From: Minisyncoccia bacterium
GTDB taxonomy: Bacteria > Patescibacteriota > Minisyncoccia > 2-02-FULL-40-12 > IGHO2-01-FULL-4-A
DNA length: 64,000 nucleotides
Assembly (NCBI GenBank): GCA_050015375.1
Contig: JBEKBN010000005.1
Span: 1,858 to 65,857, forward strand
Reading direction: 5' to 3'
The translations under genes were made by a program, and so were the position numbers. The notes beneath the pieces were generated by a model. The model ran no database searches. It had not been told where the DNA came from and saw nothing but the letters and a program-made list of their open reading frames with translations. This document shows, piece by piece, positions 38,336 through 48,507 of the stretch (positions are counted from its first letter, which is position 1; each line of letters begins with the position of its first letter).

Positions 38336-40444
38336 ATGTCAGATTACCCAATAGAAAAGATAAGAAATATAGGCATTGTCGCCCACATAGACGCCGGAAA
38401 AACCACAACAACCGAGCGGGTTTTGTTTTACACCGGTTTGACCCACAAGATTGGCGAGGTCCACGAAGGCGAAGCAGTCATGGATTGGATGGAACAGGAA
38501 CGCGAGCGGGGCATCACCATCACCGCCGCCGCCGTTACTTGTTATTGGTATCCGGTGGGCCTGCCCAGAGACAAAGAGAACGAGAGCCGTTTCAACATCA
38601 TTGACACCCCGGGGCATATTGATTTCACGGTTGAAGTCAAAAGATCACTCCGTGTTTTAGACGGCGCAGTCGTCGTTTTTGACGGCGTGGCCGGCGTTGA
38701 GCCTCAATCGGAAACCAACTGGCGCTACGCCGATGAATACAAAGTTCCCCGGATCTGTTTCATAAATAAGCTCGACCGACTGGGCGCGTCTTTTGAACGC
38801 TCCTACAAATCAATTTTGGAAAGATTAACGCCCAATGCCGTCCGGATGCAATTGCCCGACGGCGAGGAAGACAAATTCCACGGCGTTTTGGATTTGCTGG
38901 AAATGAAATATTATATTTTTGAAGGCGAGCATGGCGAGAAAGTCATCGAGAAACCGATCCCGTTCGAGGATCTGAGGGAACGAGCCGAAGCCGCCCGAGC
39001 AGAACTCGTCGAAAAAATTGTCGAGAACGATGATGTTGCCATGCAGAATTACCTGGAAGGAAAAGAAGTGCCCATTGCCGAACTTAAAAGGATCCTCCGC
39101 AAAGCGACCATCGAGAACAAATTAGTGCCGGTCTACGCTGGTTCGGCGTTGAAGAACAAGGGCGTCCAATTCATTTTGGACGGCGTGGTGGATTATTTGC
39201 CTTCGCCGATCGACCGGGCGGTAGTAAAGGGAATTGACCCAAAAACCGGCGGCGAGATATCCAGAAAATTAATTGATACCCAACCTTTCGCCAGTTTGGC
39301 ATTTAAAGTCGCCACCGATCCTTTTGTCGGCCAATTAACTTTCATCAGGGTTTATTCGGGCGTTCTCAATGCTGGTTCTTATACTTTGAACAGCACCAGC
39401 GGACAAACGGAACGTATCGGCCGGCTTTTACGAATGCGCGCCAATGACAGGGAAGAAATAAAAGAAATCTACGCCGGCGGAATTGCCGCCATTGTCGGCC
39501 TGAAGGGAACCAAAACCGGAGATACGCTTTGCGATCCGGAGGATCCGATCGTTCTTGAGAAAATTTCATTCCCCGAGCCGGTCATTCACATGCGAATTGA
39601 ACCCAAGACCAAGGCCGACCAGGAAAAAATGGGCTTGGCCTTGAAGAAACTTTCCGACGAGGACCCGACTTTCAAGATCAGGACCGACCAAGAAACCGGC
39701 GAAACCATCATCGGCGGGATGGGCGAGTTGCATTTGGATATCATCGTTGACCGGATGAAACGCGAGTTCAGCGTCGGCGCCAATGTCGGCCGGCCACAAG
39801 TCGCCTACAAAGAAACCATCCGCCAAAACGCTCAAGCCGAAGGCAAATATATCCGCCAATCCGGCGGCCGCGGCCAGTACGGACACGTTTGGTTGCGCAT
39901 CGAACCCCAGAAAAGGGGAGCGGGTTTTGAATTTCTTGATGAGATCAAATCCGGCGTCATTCCTAATGAATTTATTCCGGCTGTTGAAAAAGGCGTCCGC
40001 GAGGCGCTCGACAAAGGCATCGTTGCCGGTTTTCCGATTGTTGACCTGAAAGTCGCCCTTTATGATGGTTCGTATCATGAAGTTGACTCGTCGGAGATCG
40101 CCTTCAAGATAGCCGGCGCCATGGCCCTCCAGGAAGCCGCCAGACGCGCAAAACCGGTCCTGCTTGAGCCGATAATGAAGGTTGAGGTCATTGTGCCGGA
40201 GAAGTTTTTAGGCGAAGTCGTGGGTGATCTGAACTCACGGCGGGGAAAGATCGAACAGGTTTCGGATCGCTCGCCGTTGAATCTCAAAGTCATTGATTCC
40301 AAAATTCCGCTCTCGGAAATGTTCGGTTACGCGACCACGATCCGTTCGCTTTCCGAAGGCCGGGGAAATTATAATATGGAGTTCTCGAATTACGAGGAAG
40401 TACCGAACAACATCGCGGAACTGATCAAAGAAGGAAAAAAGTAA
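38336..40444 (+). CDS. fusA: elongation factor G
   Basis: [36 protein letters not shown]. Confidence 0.98.
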   Translation: MSDYPIEKIRNIGIVAHIDAGKTTTTERVLFYTGLTHKIGEVHEGEAVMDWMEQERERGITITAAAVTCYWYPVGLPRDKENESRFNIIDTPGHIDFTVEVKRSLRVLDGAVVVFDGVAGVEPQSETNWRYADEYKVPRICFINKLDRLGASFERSYKSILERLTPNAVRMQLPDGEEDKFHGVLDLLEMKYYIFEGEHGEKVIEKPIPFEDLRERAEAARAELVEKIVENDDVAMQNYLEGKEVPIAELKRILRKATIENKLVPVYAGSALKNKGVQFILDGVVDYLPSPIDRAVVKGIDPKTGGEISRKLIDTQPFASLAFKVATDPFVGQLTFIRVYSGVLNAGSYTLNSTSGQTERIGRLLRMRANDREEIKEIYAGGIAAIVGLKGTKTGDTLCDPEDPIVLEKISFPEPVIHMRIEPKTKADQEKMGLALKKLSDEDPTFKIRTDQETGETIIGGMGELHLDIIVDRMKREFSVGANVGRPQVAYKETIRQNAQAEGKYIRQSGGRGQYGHVWLRIEPQKRGAGFEFLDEIKSGVIPNEFIPAVEKGVREALDKGIVAGFPIVDLKVALYDGSYHEVDSSEIAFKIAGAMALQEAARRAKPVLLEPIMKVEVIVPEKFLGEVVGDLNSRRGKIEQVSDRSPLNLKVIDSKIPLSEMFGYATTIRSLSEGRGNYNMEFSNYEEVPNNIAELIKEGKK

Positions 40445-40451
40445 CTCGCCT

Positions 40452-40655
40452 CCGTTTTGAAAATCCCGGACCAGGCTCACCGGATTGCTTTCCGGGGACT
40501 TAGGAAATCCCAGCGAGATTTCCGTCATCCGGTTGTCAGTTGCCGTCACTGATTGACGGCTTTTTGATTTCACAAAAAGCCGTCAATCAGACCCTGCCGA
40601 CGGCACCGACAACGGCCCCTGAAAGCAATCCGGTTCGCAGGGATTTTCAAAACGG
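40452..40655 (+). repeat. structured repeat family C, copy 1 (after fusA)
   Basis: Nested inverted repeats; nearly identical to 53025-53213. Confidence 0.85.
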
Positions 40656-40744
40656 TAGCTCGCTGGGGGCTGTTGCATTATTTTCTGTTTTTTGGTATAA
40701 GTCAATTGCGATAATTGGGTCGTAATTATTAAGGAGATTGAATA

Positions 40745-41197
40745 ATGGGACGCTCTTTGAAAAACAAAAGATTCGATCCATTTAAGTTGTCGGTGCGATA
40801 TTTGGAACGAAAAATCCGGTCACTAAAAGAAGCCCTGAAATATCTCGAAAATGTGCTAATCGTGAAAAAAATGGGGAAAAAGCCGCCCTTTCTTCCTGGT
40901 GATAAAGTTGATCCGGGACGGGCAGAGTGGGGAGCATTAGAGGTTTTAGCTCGCAAAGGATTTCGCGGTCAGTCGATTGCGGTGACGATGTCCCACCCAA
41001 ATTATATCGTCGAAGAAGTTCATTATTACCCGGCTTCAAATTTCAGCCCGTGGTCTTTGGTTTTAAAAGGAATTCCGAAACATGATGGCGAGGATCTTCT
41101 GTTTGATGCTTCTGATTTCCACAATGTAACCGAAGGGATGAAATTACTCGAACGAAAATCCAGAAAAGTTCTCCGTGGTAAAAATCCTAGCCGCTGA
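40745..41197 (+). CDS. hypothetical protein
   Basis: AAGGAG RBS, 150 aa. Confidence 0.65.
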   Translation: MGRSLKNKRFDPFKLSVRYLERKIRSLKEALKYLENVLIVKKMGKKPPFLPGDKVDPGRAEWGALEVLARKGFRGQSIAVTMSHPNYIVEEVHYYPASNFSPWSLVLKGIPKHDGEDLLFDASDFHNVTEGMKLLERKSRKVLRGKNPSR

Positions 41198-41276
41198 AAA
41201 ATGCGGCTTTTTGTTGCAAATTTTGGACGGTTATTGTATAAATCAGTTGCGATAATTTTCGGAATTTGGAGGGGAT

Positions 41277-41783
41277 ATGGAAATCGAAAATTATGATCCG
41301 AGCAATTCGACTGACGAAAAGCTCATTGATGAATTTGTCCGGATAGCCGGAATTGTCTATCAGATAGAGCACGGCAATAATCCGGTATCATCTGACGGTC
41401 ATGACAGCGAAAGATTGGCGGTCTTGAAGAAGATCGTTTTGGGACGCATGATCAAAGATGAAGTTTCTTCACTGGAACCGGTTGATGGAAAACCGGCACA
41501 TGAAATAGTACTTTCCAAACTCAAAACAATCTTGCCGGATTTGCGAGCATACCTGGAATTTAAAACGGAATCTCCCGGGTCAGCCAATTTCTTTTGCGAA
41601 ACATCGAATGGGGCAAGGGTTCTTATTGATGTGCTTTCCGAGATGATCGTATTCGAGAGGGACAAGCTGGATGCCGCGAAACAAATCCACGAGCTCCGCT
41701 CATTCGGGATCTTATTGCCAGAGTTGCAAATATTAGAGGACAAATTTTCGAAGAAACCGCCGGCTCCGGCAGAAACTCTCTGA
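41277..41783 (+). CDS. hypothetical protein
   Basis: GGAGG RBS, 168 aa. Confidence 0.7.
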   Translation: MEIENYDPSNSTDEKLIDEFVRIAGIVYQIEHGNNPVSSDGHDSERLAVLKKIVLGRMIKDEVSSLEPVDGKPAHEIVLSKLKTILPDLRAYLEFKTESPGSANFFCETSNGARVLIDVLSEMIVFERDKLDAAKQIHELRSFGILLPELQILEDKFSKKPPAPAETL

Positions 41784-41886
41784 CCGCCAAGACACGGCGG
41801 TTTTTGATTCCCAAGCGCCTGACCTGTGGATAATTATTACATTTCATTTTGCAGATGTAGTAAAATGGTAGAGTAGGTCAAAAATC

Positions 41887-42378
41887 GTGAAACCACTCGA
41901 AAACAAGAAATTATTGATCAAGATCGCCGTTGCGGCGGTTTGCGTTGTCGTTGTTATTGTCGTGGTCCTGACAATTGTGAGCATTTACACCAAGCCGGTT
42001 CCGGAGATCGGCAGTGGACTTGTCGTTGTTCCATCAAGGACGGGAGAGACCGAGGTTTCAATAAACAAATTGCCGGTGGGTTTTCCGACCAATATCCCGC
42101 TCGAAAAAAATGCCAAGGTCGTCCAGAATTATAACGCGACGGGAACCGACGGCAGGAGCCAGGCCACCCGTGTTTTTGAGTCAAAACTGACCCTGGACCA
42201 GAATTACAAGATCTATACGAATTTCTTTCAGGCCAATAGCTGGAAGATTGATAACAAATACCAATCGGCATCTTTGGACTCGATTTTCGCATCGAACGGA
42301 CAAGGTCAGCTTGCCGTCAATATTTCCAAAAACAGCGTGTCAGGCGTGGTGACGGTGAATTTAAGTTATGTTTATTAA
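41887..42378 (+). CDS. membrane-anchored hypothetical protein (paralog of 14277-14822)
   Basis: TM, LPVGFPTNIP, NYKIYTNFF...WKI. Confidence 0.75.
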   Translation: MKPLENKKLLIKIAVAAVCVVVVIVVVLTIVSIYTKPVPEIGSGLVVVPSRTGETEVSINKLPVGFPTNIPLEKNAKVVQNYNATGTDGRSQATRVFESKLTLDQNYKIYTNFFQANSWKIDNKYQSASLDSIFASNGQGQLAVNISKNSVSGVVTVNLSYVY

Positions 42379-42402
42379 ATGGATACGGGAAATTAAAATT
42401 GT

Positions 42403-43818
42403 ATGAGAAATTTTAAATTATTATTCTTTCTTTCTTTTTGTTTTGTAGTGTTTCTTGATTTTGTCTCATTGCCCAAAGTTGCCATGGCAGCCGGTAATTT
42501 TAGATTATTCGCTTCGCCTATTTCACAACATATTGTTCCGGGAGGTGCGACGTCATATACAATTACAGTTATTTGCACGGATGTTTCAGGACCGATTCAA
42601 CTTTATCAGGTTTCCGTGTCTCCATATGATAGCGAAACTCCCACCGACCAGGTTACTACAAGTTTATCTTCTACCTCCTTAAGTTGTAATGGATCCGTTG
42701 TTCTTACCGCACAGGCAAAAGCGTCGGCTACCCCATATAGTTATTCTATAATTGTATACGGGCAATTCAGTAGCGCTGTGCCGTCCACGAGTTATGTCAA
42801 GATGAGTTTATATATTGATGGCGTACCCCCCGCTCCCACCAATTTGACTCTGGACAATTCCGTATGCGGTCAAATAACCCTGAACTGGTCTTTCACCAGT
42901 TACAATCCGTGGACGGCCCAAACGGGTTTTAATATCTATATGACGGCAGACCTCGCTTTTCCGGTTAGTCTAATCGGCCAAGCCGGTCCGACCGACAGGA
43001 GTTTTACTTATACCCCATCCACAAACGATTTATTGTACTATGCGATTACGGCTTATAATGATGCTGGTGAATCCTCAAAAGTCACAACCTCGGGCGCGAT
43101 GACATCCTGTCCAACCCCCACCCCCACTCAACCGCCGAGTGGAAGCAACACCCCCACCCCCACTCCTACACCAACCAATCAACCGCCAACCGCGAGCAAT
43201 GTCACAGCCACCGAACTTGATTATTGTTTTGGAGTCCCGATAAATATAAGTTGGAATTATAACCATCCTGGGGCAAGCGCGCAGGGCGCTTATCAGGTTC
43301 AAATTGACACATTTGGATCTTTGTTCGGTTCGCCAGATTTTGATACCGGCAAAGTTCTGTCAACAAGCACTTCTGCCGCCCTCACCGGCTTGGCATTTAA
43401 CACGACCTATCAGGCAAGGGTCAAGGTTTGGGACGCGAATGACAATGAATCAGATTGGTCTGTGCAATCGGCTTGCGCGGGTTCAGGTTGCCTTCCCAGC
43501 CAGTTAGCTTGGAAAACACCCATTCACGCTTATCCGAATGTTAATTTCAGCTGGACACCGGATGTGCCCCTGGATAAACAATCGGTCCAATTTACCGATC
43601 TGACCACTTTTGCTTCAGGCGGGGGATCGTGGAATTGGAATTTTGGCGATAATGGTTCGTCGCTTTTGCAAAATCCGACCCACATTTATTCAACTGAAAA
43701 TATTTATAATGTCACCCTGACGGCGACAGATGAGGTTGGTCAAAGCTGTTCGTTGTCGAAAATGATAACCGTGAGTCCAAACAACAAGATTCCCGTCTGG
43801 AAGGAAGTCGAACAGTAG
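42403..43818 (+). CDS. secreted FN3/PKD domain surface protein
   Basis: Signal peptide, PPAPTNL...YAITAYN, WNWNFGD...NPTHIY, ends IPVWKEVEQ. Confidence 0.85.
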   Translation: MRNFKLLFFLSFCFVVFLDFVSLPKVAMAAGNFRLFASPISQHIVPGGATSYTITVICTDVSGPIQLYQVSVSPYDSETPTDQVTTSLSSTSLSCNGSVVLTAQAKASATPYSYSIIVYGQFSSAVPSTSYVKMSLYIDGVPPAPTNLTLDNSVCGQITLNWSFTSYNPWTAQTGFNIYMTADLAFPVSLIGQAGPTDRSFTYTPSTNDLLYYAITAYNDAGESSKVTTSGAMTSCPTPTPTQPPSGSNTPTPTPTPTNQPPTASNVTATELDYCFGVPINISWNYNHPGASAQGAYQVQIDTFGSLFGSPDFDTGKVLSTSTSAALTGLAFNTTYQARVKVWDANDNESDWSVQSACAGSGCLPSQLAWKTPIHAYPNVNFSWTPDVPLDKQSVQFTDLTTFASGGGSWNWNFGDNGSSLLQNPTHIYSTENIYNVTLTATDEVGQSCSLSKMITVSPNNKIPVWKEVEQ

Positions 43819-43991
43819 AAATCTGGCTTCTGTTGTGTTGTCGCCGCCGCTTATTGGCGGCTTTTTGTTTACAAAAAGCCGCCGACACCCATTCTTCTGC
43901 CCGATTGACAGTATTAATCTGATTTGGTATAAGGATTACGCAGTTCGTTGACATATTCACAATATAACAACCATTTCCGAAAGGAGAAGTC

Positions 43992-44789
43992 ATGCCAGGC
44001 AAAGTGCTATTATGTGGAAATACATTTGATTTTTTGGCACCCGACATCACACTTTGTCTTCGTTTCGGCGAGGAACTTAGGCCTGAAATGATGCGCTGGG
44101 GCATGCCGGTAATATTGAGAAATGTCCTTTACGCCTTGTTATCTCTTGACGGTTTCGTTTCCGCCATATCGGCGAATGTCGGTATTAACTGGATTCATGA
44201 GACCAGACATCCTGATAGAATGTTTTGTCGGATTTTTCTCGGCGACATTTGCGTTGCTGGTTTTATTCATGTAGCAGGCAAGCCATATTCCGATAGCCAA
44301 TGCAGAGAAATCGCCGAGTGGCTTTGGCCGGAAACCGACAAAAAAACTACCGAGACCTGGACGGCGGACCAATGGCGGGAATTCTTCTTGGGACAAATTC
44401 AGGAAAATGCCGAGGCCACCCTAAAAAATGCCGAAGCTAAAATCGCCGAAGGTAATGTGGAAAAAATTGTTCCCGAATCCATCCTCCGCCACATCGGGAA
44501 ATTGCCGGCGAAAAAGAGGAAACCTCCCTATCTTTTTGCCGTTGAATGTATAGAGGCCGTCTACGGAACTTCGATGCGGGATATCACTTGGCCGCCGTTG
44601 AGAGAAATCGGCATGGCCGCCCTAGATATTCTCAAACAATCATTTGTTCAGGGTAAAATTCCAGAAGATGGATTGTCCGATGTGATTAAGCGTTTGGAAA
44701 AAATCCTTTACGATCCTGAAGCTTTCGACGCGTTGGGCCTTTTAATCAAAGACTTTATAAAGGTGATGAAACAACCCCCAAAAATCTAA
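43992..44789 (+). CDS. hypothetical protein
   Basis: AAGGAG RBS, 265 aa. Confidence 0.7.
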   Translation: MPGKVLLCGNTFDFLAPDITLCLRFGEELRPEMMRWGMPVILRNVLYALLSLDGFVSAISANVGINWIHETRHPDRMFCRIFLGDICVAGFIHVAGKPYSDSQCREIAEWLWPETDKKTTETWTADQWREFFLGQIQENAEATLKNAEAKIAEGNVEKIVPESILRHIGKLPAKKRKPPYLFAVECIEAVYGTSMRDITWPPLREIGMAALDILKQSFVQGKIPEDGLSDVIKRLEKILYDPEAFDALGLLIKDFIKVMKQPPKI

Positions 44790-44830
44790 CCGCTGAAATA
44801 CGCGGTTTTTATATTTTGTAATAATCCCAA

Positions 44831-45055
44831 TGCCCGCCCTCGAAATCTTCCATAATTCCTCCCGAACAACAGCTCGCCAATATGGTTCTGGCGGCCGTTG
44901 TCGGTGCCGTTGGCACGGTTCGGTTTTTGTAATCAAAAAACGACAACGGCATCCGACAACCGGATGAGCAAATCGCTCGCTGGGCGATGCGAAGTCCGCA
45001 AGAGCCATATTGGCGAGCTATGGGAGAAATTGATAGAGAGATTTCGAGGCGAGCG
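44831..45055 (-). repeat. structured repeat family C, diverged copy in reverse orientation
   Basis: Reverse complement shares ATCGC-CCAGCGA-GCGAT hairpin and CCGGTTGTCGG.TGCCGT...ACGGCACCGACAACGG stem with copy 1. Confidence 0.75.
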
Positions 45056-45249
45056 TCATGTTGACAAACTAAAAATAAAGGAGTAAGCTGGTTCTATTGT
45101 AGGTTGTGTTCTAAGAGCCCTTGGTACTGTAGGTTTATCCTCAAAGGCCTAGGCGATTGGACAGGTCTTTCCTACAGGAAAAACGGGATATCTAGCGGTT
45201 GCGAGAATCTAGCTTCTAGATTCTAACTTCCGATGTTTATCCCCGAAAA

Positions 45250-45579
45250 ATGGGTAAAAAATTATATGTCGGCAGCTTGCCTTACAGCACGACCGATCAA
45301 CAGCTGAAAGAACACTTTTCCGCAGCTGGAACAGTGGAAACAGCGACGGTCATTTCCGACAAGTTCTCCGGCCGGTCCAAGGGCTTCGGTTTCGTCGAAA
45401 TGTCGACGGACGAGGAAGCTCAGAAAGCCATTGAGATGTTCAATGGAGCGGACATGGGCGGCAGGAACATTGTCGTGAACGAGGCGAGACCGTTGGAACC
45501 CCGCGCTCCTCGCGCCGGCGGTTTCAACAGAGGCGGCGGAAGCCGCGACCGCGGCTTTGGCGGCGGCAGGGACTACTAA
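45250..45579 (+). CDS. RRM (RNP-1) RNA-binding protein with Gly/Arg tail
   Basis: KLYVGSL, RSKGFGFVEM, VVNEARP. Confidence 0.95.
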   Translation: MGKKLYVGSLPYSTTDQQLKEHFSAAGTVETATVISDKFSGRSKGFGFVEMSTDEEAQKAIEMFNGADMGGRNIVVNEARPLEPRAPRAGGFNRGGGSRDRGFGGGRDY

Positions 45580-45586
45580 CCTTTCA

Positions 45587-45614
45587 TCCCCACGCTCACG
45601 CGTGAGTGTGGGGA
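45587..45614. repeat. family B palindrome
   Basis: TCCCCACGCTCACGCGTGAGTGTGGGGA. Confidence 0.65.
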
Positions 45615-45811
45615 CAAGCCAAAACTCAAGAGGCGCTCGAAAGGGCGCCTTTTGGTTTCTTGCTAATAATTTCATGTTCGAGGTATAATGTATGGCATGG
45701 GCCCAACTTGCGAGGGGTTCATTCTCATTTGGCAGTTAGGGAAGAGTCGGGAATGAAGTCGCGAGTTGGGCCCTCTTTTTTCCTATAGATAATTTTGTTA
45801 TCATTAAATCC

Positions 45812-46054
45812 ATGACAAAAAACAAAAAAGTCGAGATCTATTCCACGCCATTTTGCGCTTATTGCAATTTGGCCAAAGAATATTTCAAGAAAAACAATAT
45901 CATCTATCACGAATACGATGTCGCCGCCGATATTAAAAAGCGGCAGGAGATGCTGGATAGAACCCGTCAGTTCGGCGTGCCGGTCATCGTCATTGATGGC
46001 CAGATAGTCATCGGCTTTGATAAGCCGAAGATAAACGAGCTGTTGGGGATTTAA
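45812..46054 (+). CDS. glutaredoxin-like / NrdH-type redoxin
   Basis: YSTPFCAYC, GVPVIVI. Confidence 0.9.
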   Translation: MTKNKKVEIYSTPFCAYCNLAKEYFKKNNIIYHEYDVAADIKKRQEMLDRTRQFGVPVIVIDGQIVIGFDKPKINELLGI

Positions 46055-46057
46055 TTT

Positions 46058-46663
46058 ATGGAAATCAAACCATTGTCATTCACAAAAGATCTCGATGGAA
46101 TTTCAAAAAAAACCATTGAGATCCATCACGACAAACTTTACGCCGGCTATGTGAAAAAAGCCGGTGAGATTGCTGAGAAGTTGGTTGCTTTGCGGAAATC
46201 GGGAACGTTCGAAGGCAGTGCCACTTTCAGTGATTTGCGCGCGCTCAAAAGCGAAGAAACTTTTGCCGTCAACGGCGCCTATCTCCACGAATATTATTTC
46301 GACAACCTTGGCGGAGACGGCGACGCGAAATTAGCGCCGGAATTGTCGAAGGCATTTGTGGAAAAATGGGGGAGTGTGGAAAACGGGCTGAAATATTTTA
46401 GTGAGTGCGCTATGGCGGCACGCGGCTGGGCGGTGCTTGCGTGGGATATTAAGAAGCAGAAAATAATGCAATACAACGGTGATGCCCATAATCAGGGCGG
46501 GGTTTGGGGCTGTATTCCGATAATCGCACTGGATGTTTATGAGCACGCCTATTTTATTGACTTTGGTTCCGACCGCAAGGCCTACATCGAAGCGTTTTGG
46601 AAGAATTTTGATTGGCAAAAAGCCGAGGAATTATTCAAAAAAGTCAGAGAGATAAAAATTTAA
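46058..46663 (+). CDS. Fe/Mn superoxide dismutase
   Basis: IHHDKLY, LHEYYF, LDVYEHAY. Confidence 0.92.
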   Translation: MEIKPLSFTKDLDGISKKTIEIHHDKLYAGYVKKAGEIAEKLVALRKSGTFEGSATFSDLRALKSEETFAVNGAYLHEYYFDNLGGDGDAKLAPELSKAFVEKWGSVENGLKYFSECAMAARGWAVLAWDIKKQKIMQYNGDAHNQGGVWGCIPIIALDVYEHAYFIDFGSDRKAYIEAFWKNFDWQKAEELFKKVREIKI

Positions 46664-46728
46664 CAGGCATATTAAAAGCAAAGGCCGCTCGAATGAGCGG
46701 CTTTGTCTACTGCGTTTACCACACAACT

Positions 46729-47004
46729 TCAGCTCAGCGGTTCGACAAGAACCTCATATGACCCGCACCTCAAACAATTCCTCGCGAAATTCTCCAGGGT
46801 CGGAGCACGAAGGGTAATGCTCTCGGGATCCCGGCCCTTAATCGGTTTGACGTGAATAAGCGCTTGACCCTGGACTGGAGTTTCAGCGTCTTTTGGAATT
46901 CTGGGGATAAGTTCTAGCCCGGCTTCCTGTACCATGTCTTCGATGTTTGCAAGGGCGTGATCAAGCGATCTATTCGCCGGACCAGTTATCAGCATATTGA
47001 ACAT
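46729..47004 (-). CDS. hypothetical protein
   Basis: AAGGAG RBS, 91 aa. Confidence 0.55.
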   Translation of the reverse strand: MFNMLITGPANRSLDHALANIEDMVQEAGLELIPRIPKDAETPVQGQALIHVKPIKGRDPESITLRAPTLENFARNCLRCGSYEVLVEPLS

Positions 47005-47105
47005 CTATCTTTCTCCTTCTCTAGTGTTCCGTGTGTGGTTGACAAAATGAACTATTGAGTATATTACTCTTTTTGAAAAAAGATGTCAATTGTGAATAAG
47101 TGCCA

Positions 47106-48476
47106 CTACTCCCAAGACGAGAACCAGACGCGGGCGTTGTACGCTTTCGTGGTCAACGGCAGACCATAGATAATAGGCGCGAAGAAAAGAAACACGATCG
47201 CCGAGAGAACGATTATGGTTGTCAGGATGGCTTTGTTGAATTTGAACCGGTCAATAATGAATACCAGGGCCAAAATGGCGAAGATGAGCGCCGACATGTA
47301 ATGATACAAGAACATTGCCCGGGTGATGCCGATGAAAGGAAGGAGATTGAACAAATAACCGCCGGCGATGAGAAGCGGAAAAGGCGACCCAATGAATTTT
47401 TTGAAGAGTCCGAGGATGAGCTTCCAGCCCCACATCAGCAAACCGTAAAAGATCGCCACCGAGGAAAGCCACCAGATCAGCGGATTGCCGATCAGATATA
47501 TCCGCGAAGCCATGCCGTTAAAATTGTCGTGGAACCAATAATATATCGGCCGGGTCATGAACGGCCAGGTGTACCAGGCGCTCTGGTACGGATGGGTGGC
47601 GGTGAGGGTGGCGTTGGCGCGGTACATTTCAATGTTCAACTCCACGAATTCGCCGATGAGCCCGATCGGTTTCACATTCGGATTTTGGGCGTAGACACTG
47701 CCGACCAAATTTTTTTGGAATGACGGAGTCATAAAAGCATCGCCCGGACCGCTCTTGGTCAGAAGTTTCAAATGAACGGCGAAGATCGAGAAATAAATGA
47801 CGACCGGAACAACAACTACCGCCGCCAGAATATTGCCGATGGAGACAAGGAGTTTCCGTTCTTTCAGTGTTCTGATGATATTGATCGCCTCAAGGATGAA
47901 GATCAGCCCCAAAAAAGACGCGCCAGTCCACTTGACCGACATTGAAAGCGCGCCCAAGATGCCGGCAAGATAAAGATAATTTATTTTTTTCTCCTGGTGA
48001 TATTTGAAATACGCGAGCAATGCCGAAAAGCCGAACAAAAGCAGAAACGAATCTAAAAGGATGAATCGTGACTGGACCAAAAGCGAACTTTCAAGAGTAA
48101 CGAACATACCGGCGGCGAAGGAACCGAATTTGGAAATTCCCAGTCGCAAAGCCAGAAAGAAAATAATTATCGGCAGAAGCACGCCGGCCAACGTCGGCAG
48201 GAGTCGGAGCCAAAGATATGAATTGTCGGGGAATTTCTGGCCGATTTCGGCGTAGCTGAAACCGGGCTTGAATCCGGTCAGATAACCGACGCCGGAAATG
48301 AGCAGTTTACCTAGCGGCGGGTGGATATCGAAAAAATATTGATGGGTAAAATAGCCGGAAATGAACTTGCCGAAATGAACCTCGTCGAAAACGGTCTCGT
48401 TGGGATGGCCGTAATAGGCGAAATGGACGACCAGGGTCGCGACGATGAGAATTATCAGCAGAAGATGTTTTTTCAT
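47106..48476 (-). CDS. protein O-mannosyltransferase (PMT/GT39 family)
   Basis: VFDEVHFGKF, FDIHPPLGK, SRFILLD, HPYQS..YTWP, FLYHY. Confidence 0.9.
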   Translation of the reverse strand: MKKHLLLIILIVATLVVHFAYYGHPNETVFDEVHFGKFISGYFTHQYFFDIHPPLGKLLISGVGYLTGFKPGFSYAEIGQKFPDNSYLWLRLLPTLAGVLLPIIIFFLALRLGISKFGSFAAGMFVTLESSLLVQSRFILLDSFLLLFGFSALLAYFKYHQEKKINYLYLAGILGALSMSVKWTGASFLGLIFILEAINIIRTLKERKLLVSIGNILAAVVVVPVVIYFSIFAVHLKLLTKSGPGDAFMTPSFQKNLVGSVYAQNPNVKPIGLIGEFVELNIEMYRANATLTATHPYQSAWYTWPFMTRPIYYWFHDNFNGMASRIYLIGNPLIWWLSSVAIFYGLLMWGWKLILGLFKKFIGSPFPLLIAGGYLFNLLPFIGITRAMFLYHYMSALIFAILALVFIIDRFKFNKAILTTIIVLSAIVFLFFAPIIYGLPLTTKAYNARVWFSSWE

Positions 48477-48507
48477 ATATAATTATGATATAATAATCCC
48501 ATATTTT

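Noticed and set aside
40445-40745. Missing tuf after fusA as a novelty
   Set aside because: Separation of tuf from the str operon occurs in many bacteria and cannot be evaluated from one window
47100-47723. 207-aa plus-strand ORF
   Set aside because: Antisense shadow of the hydrophobic PMT gene
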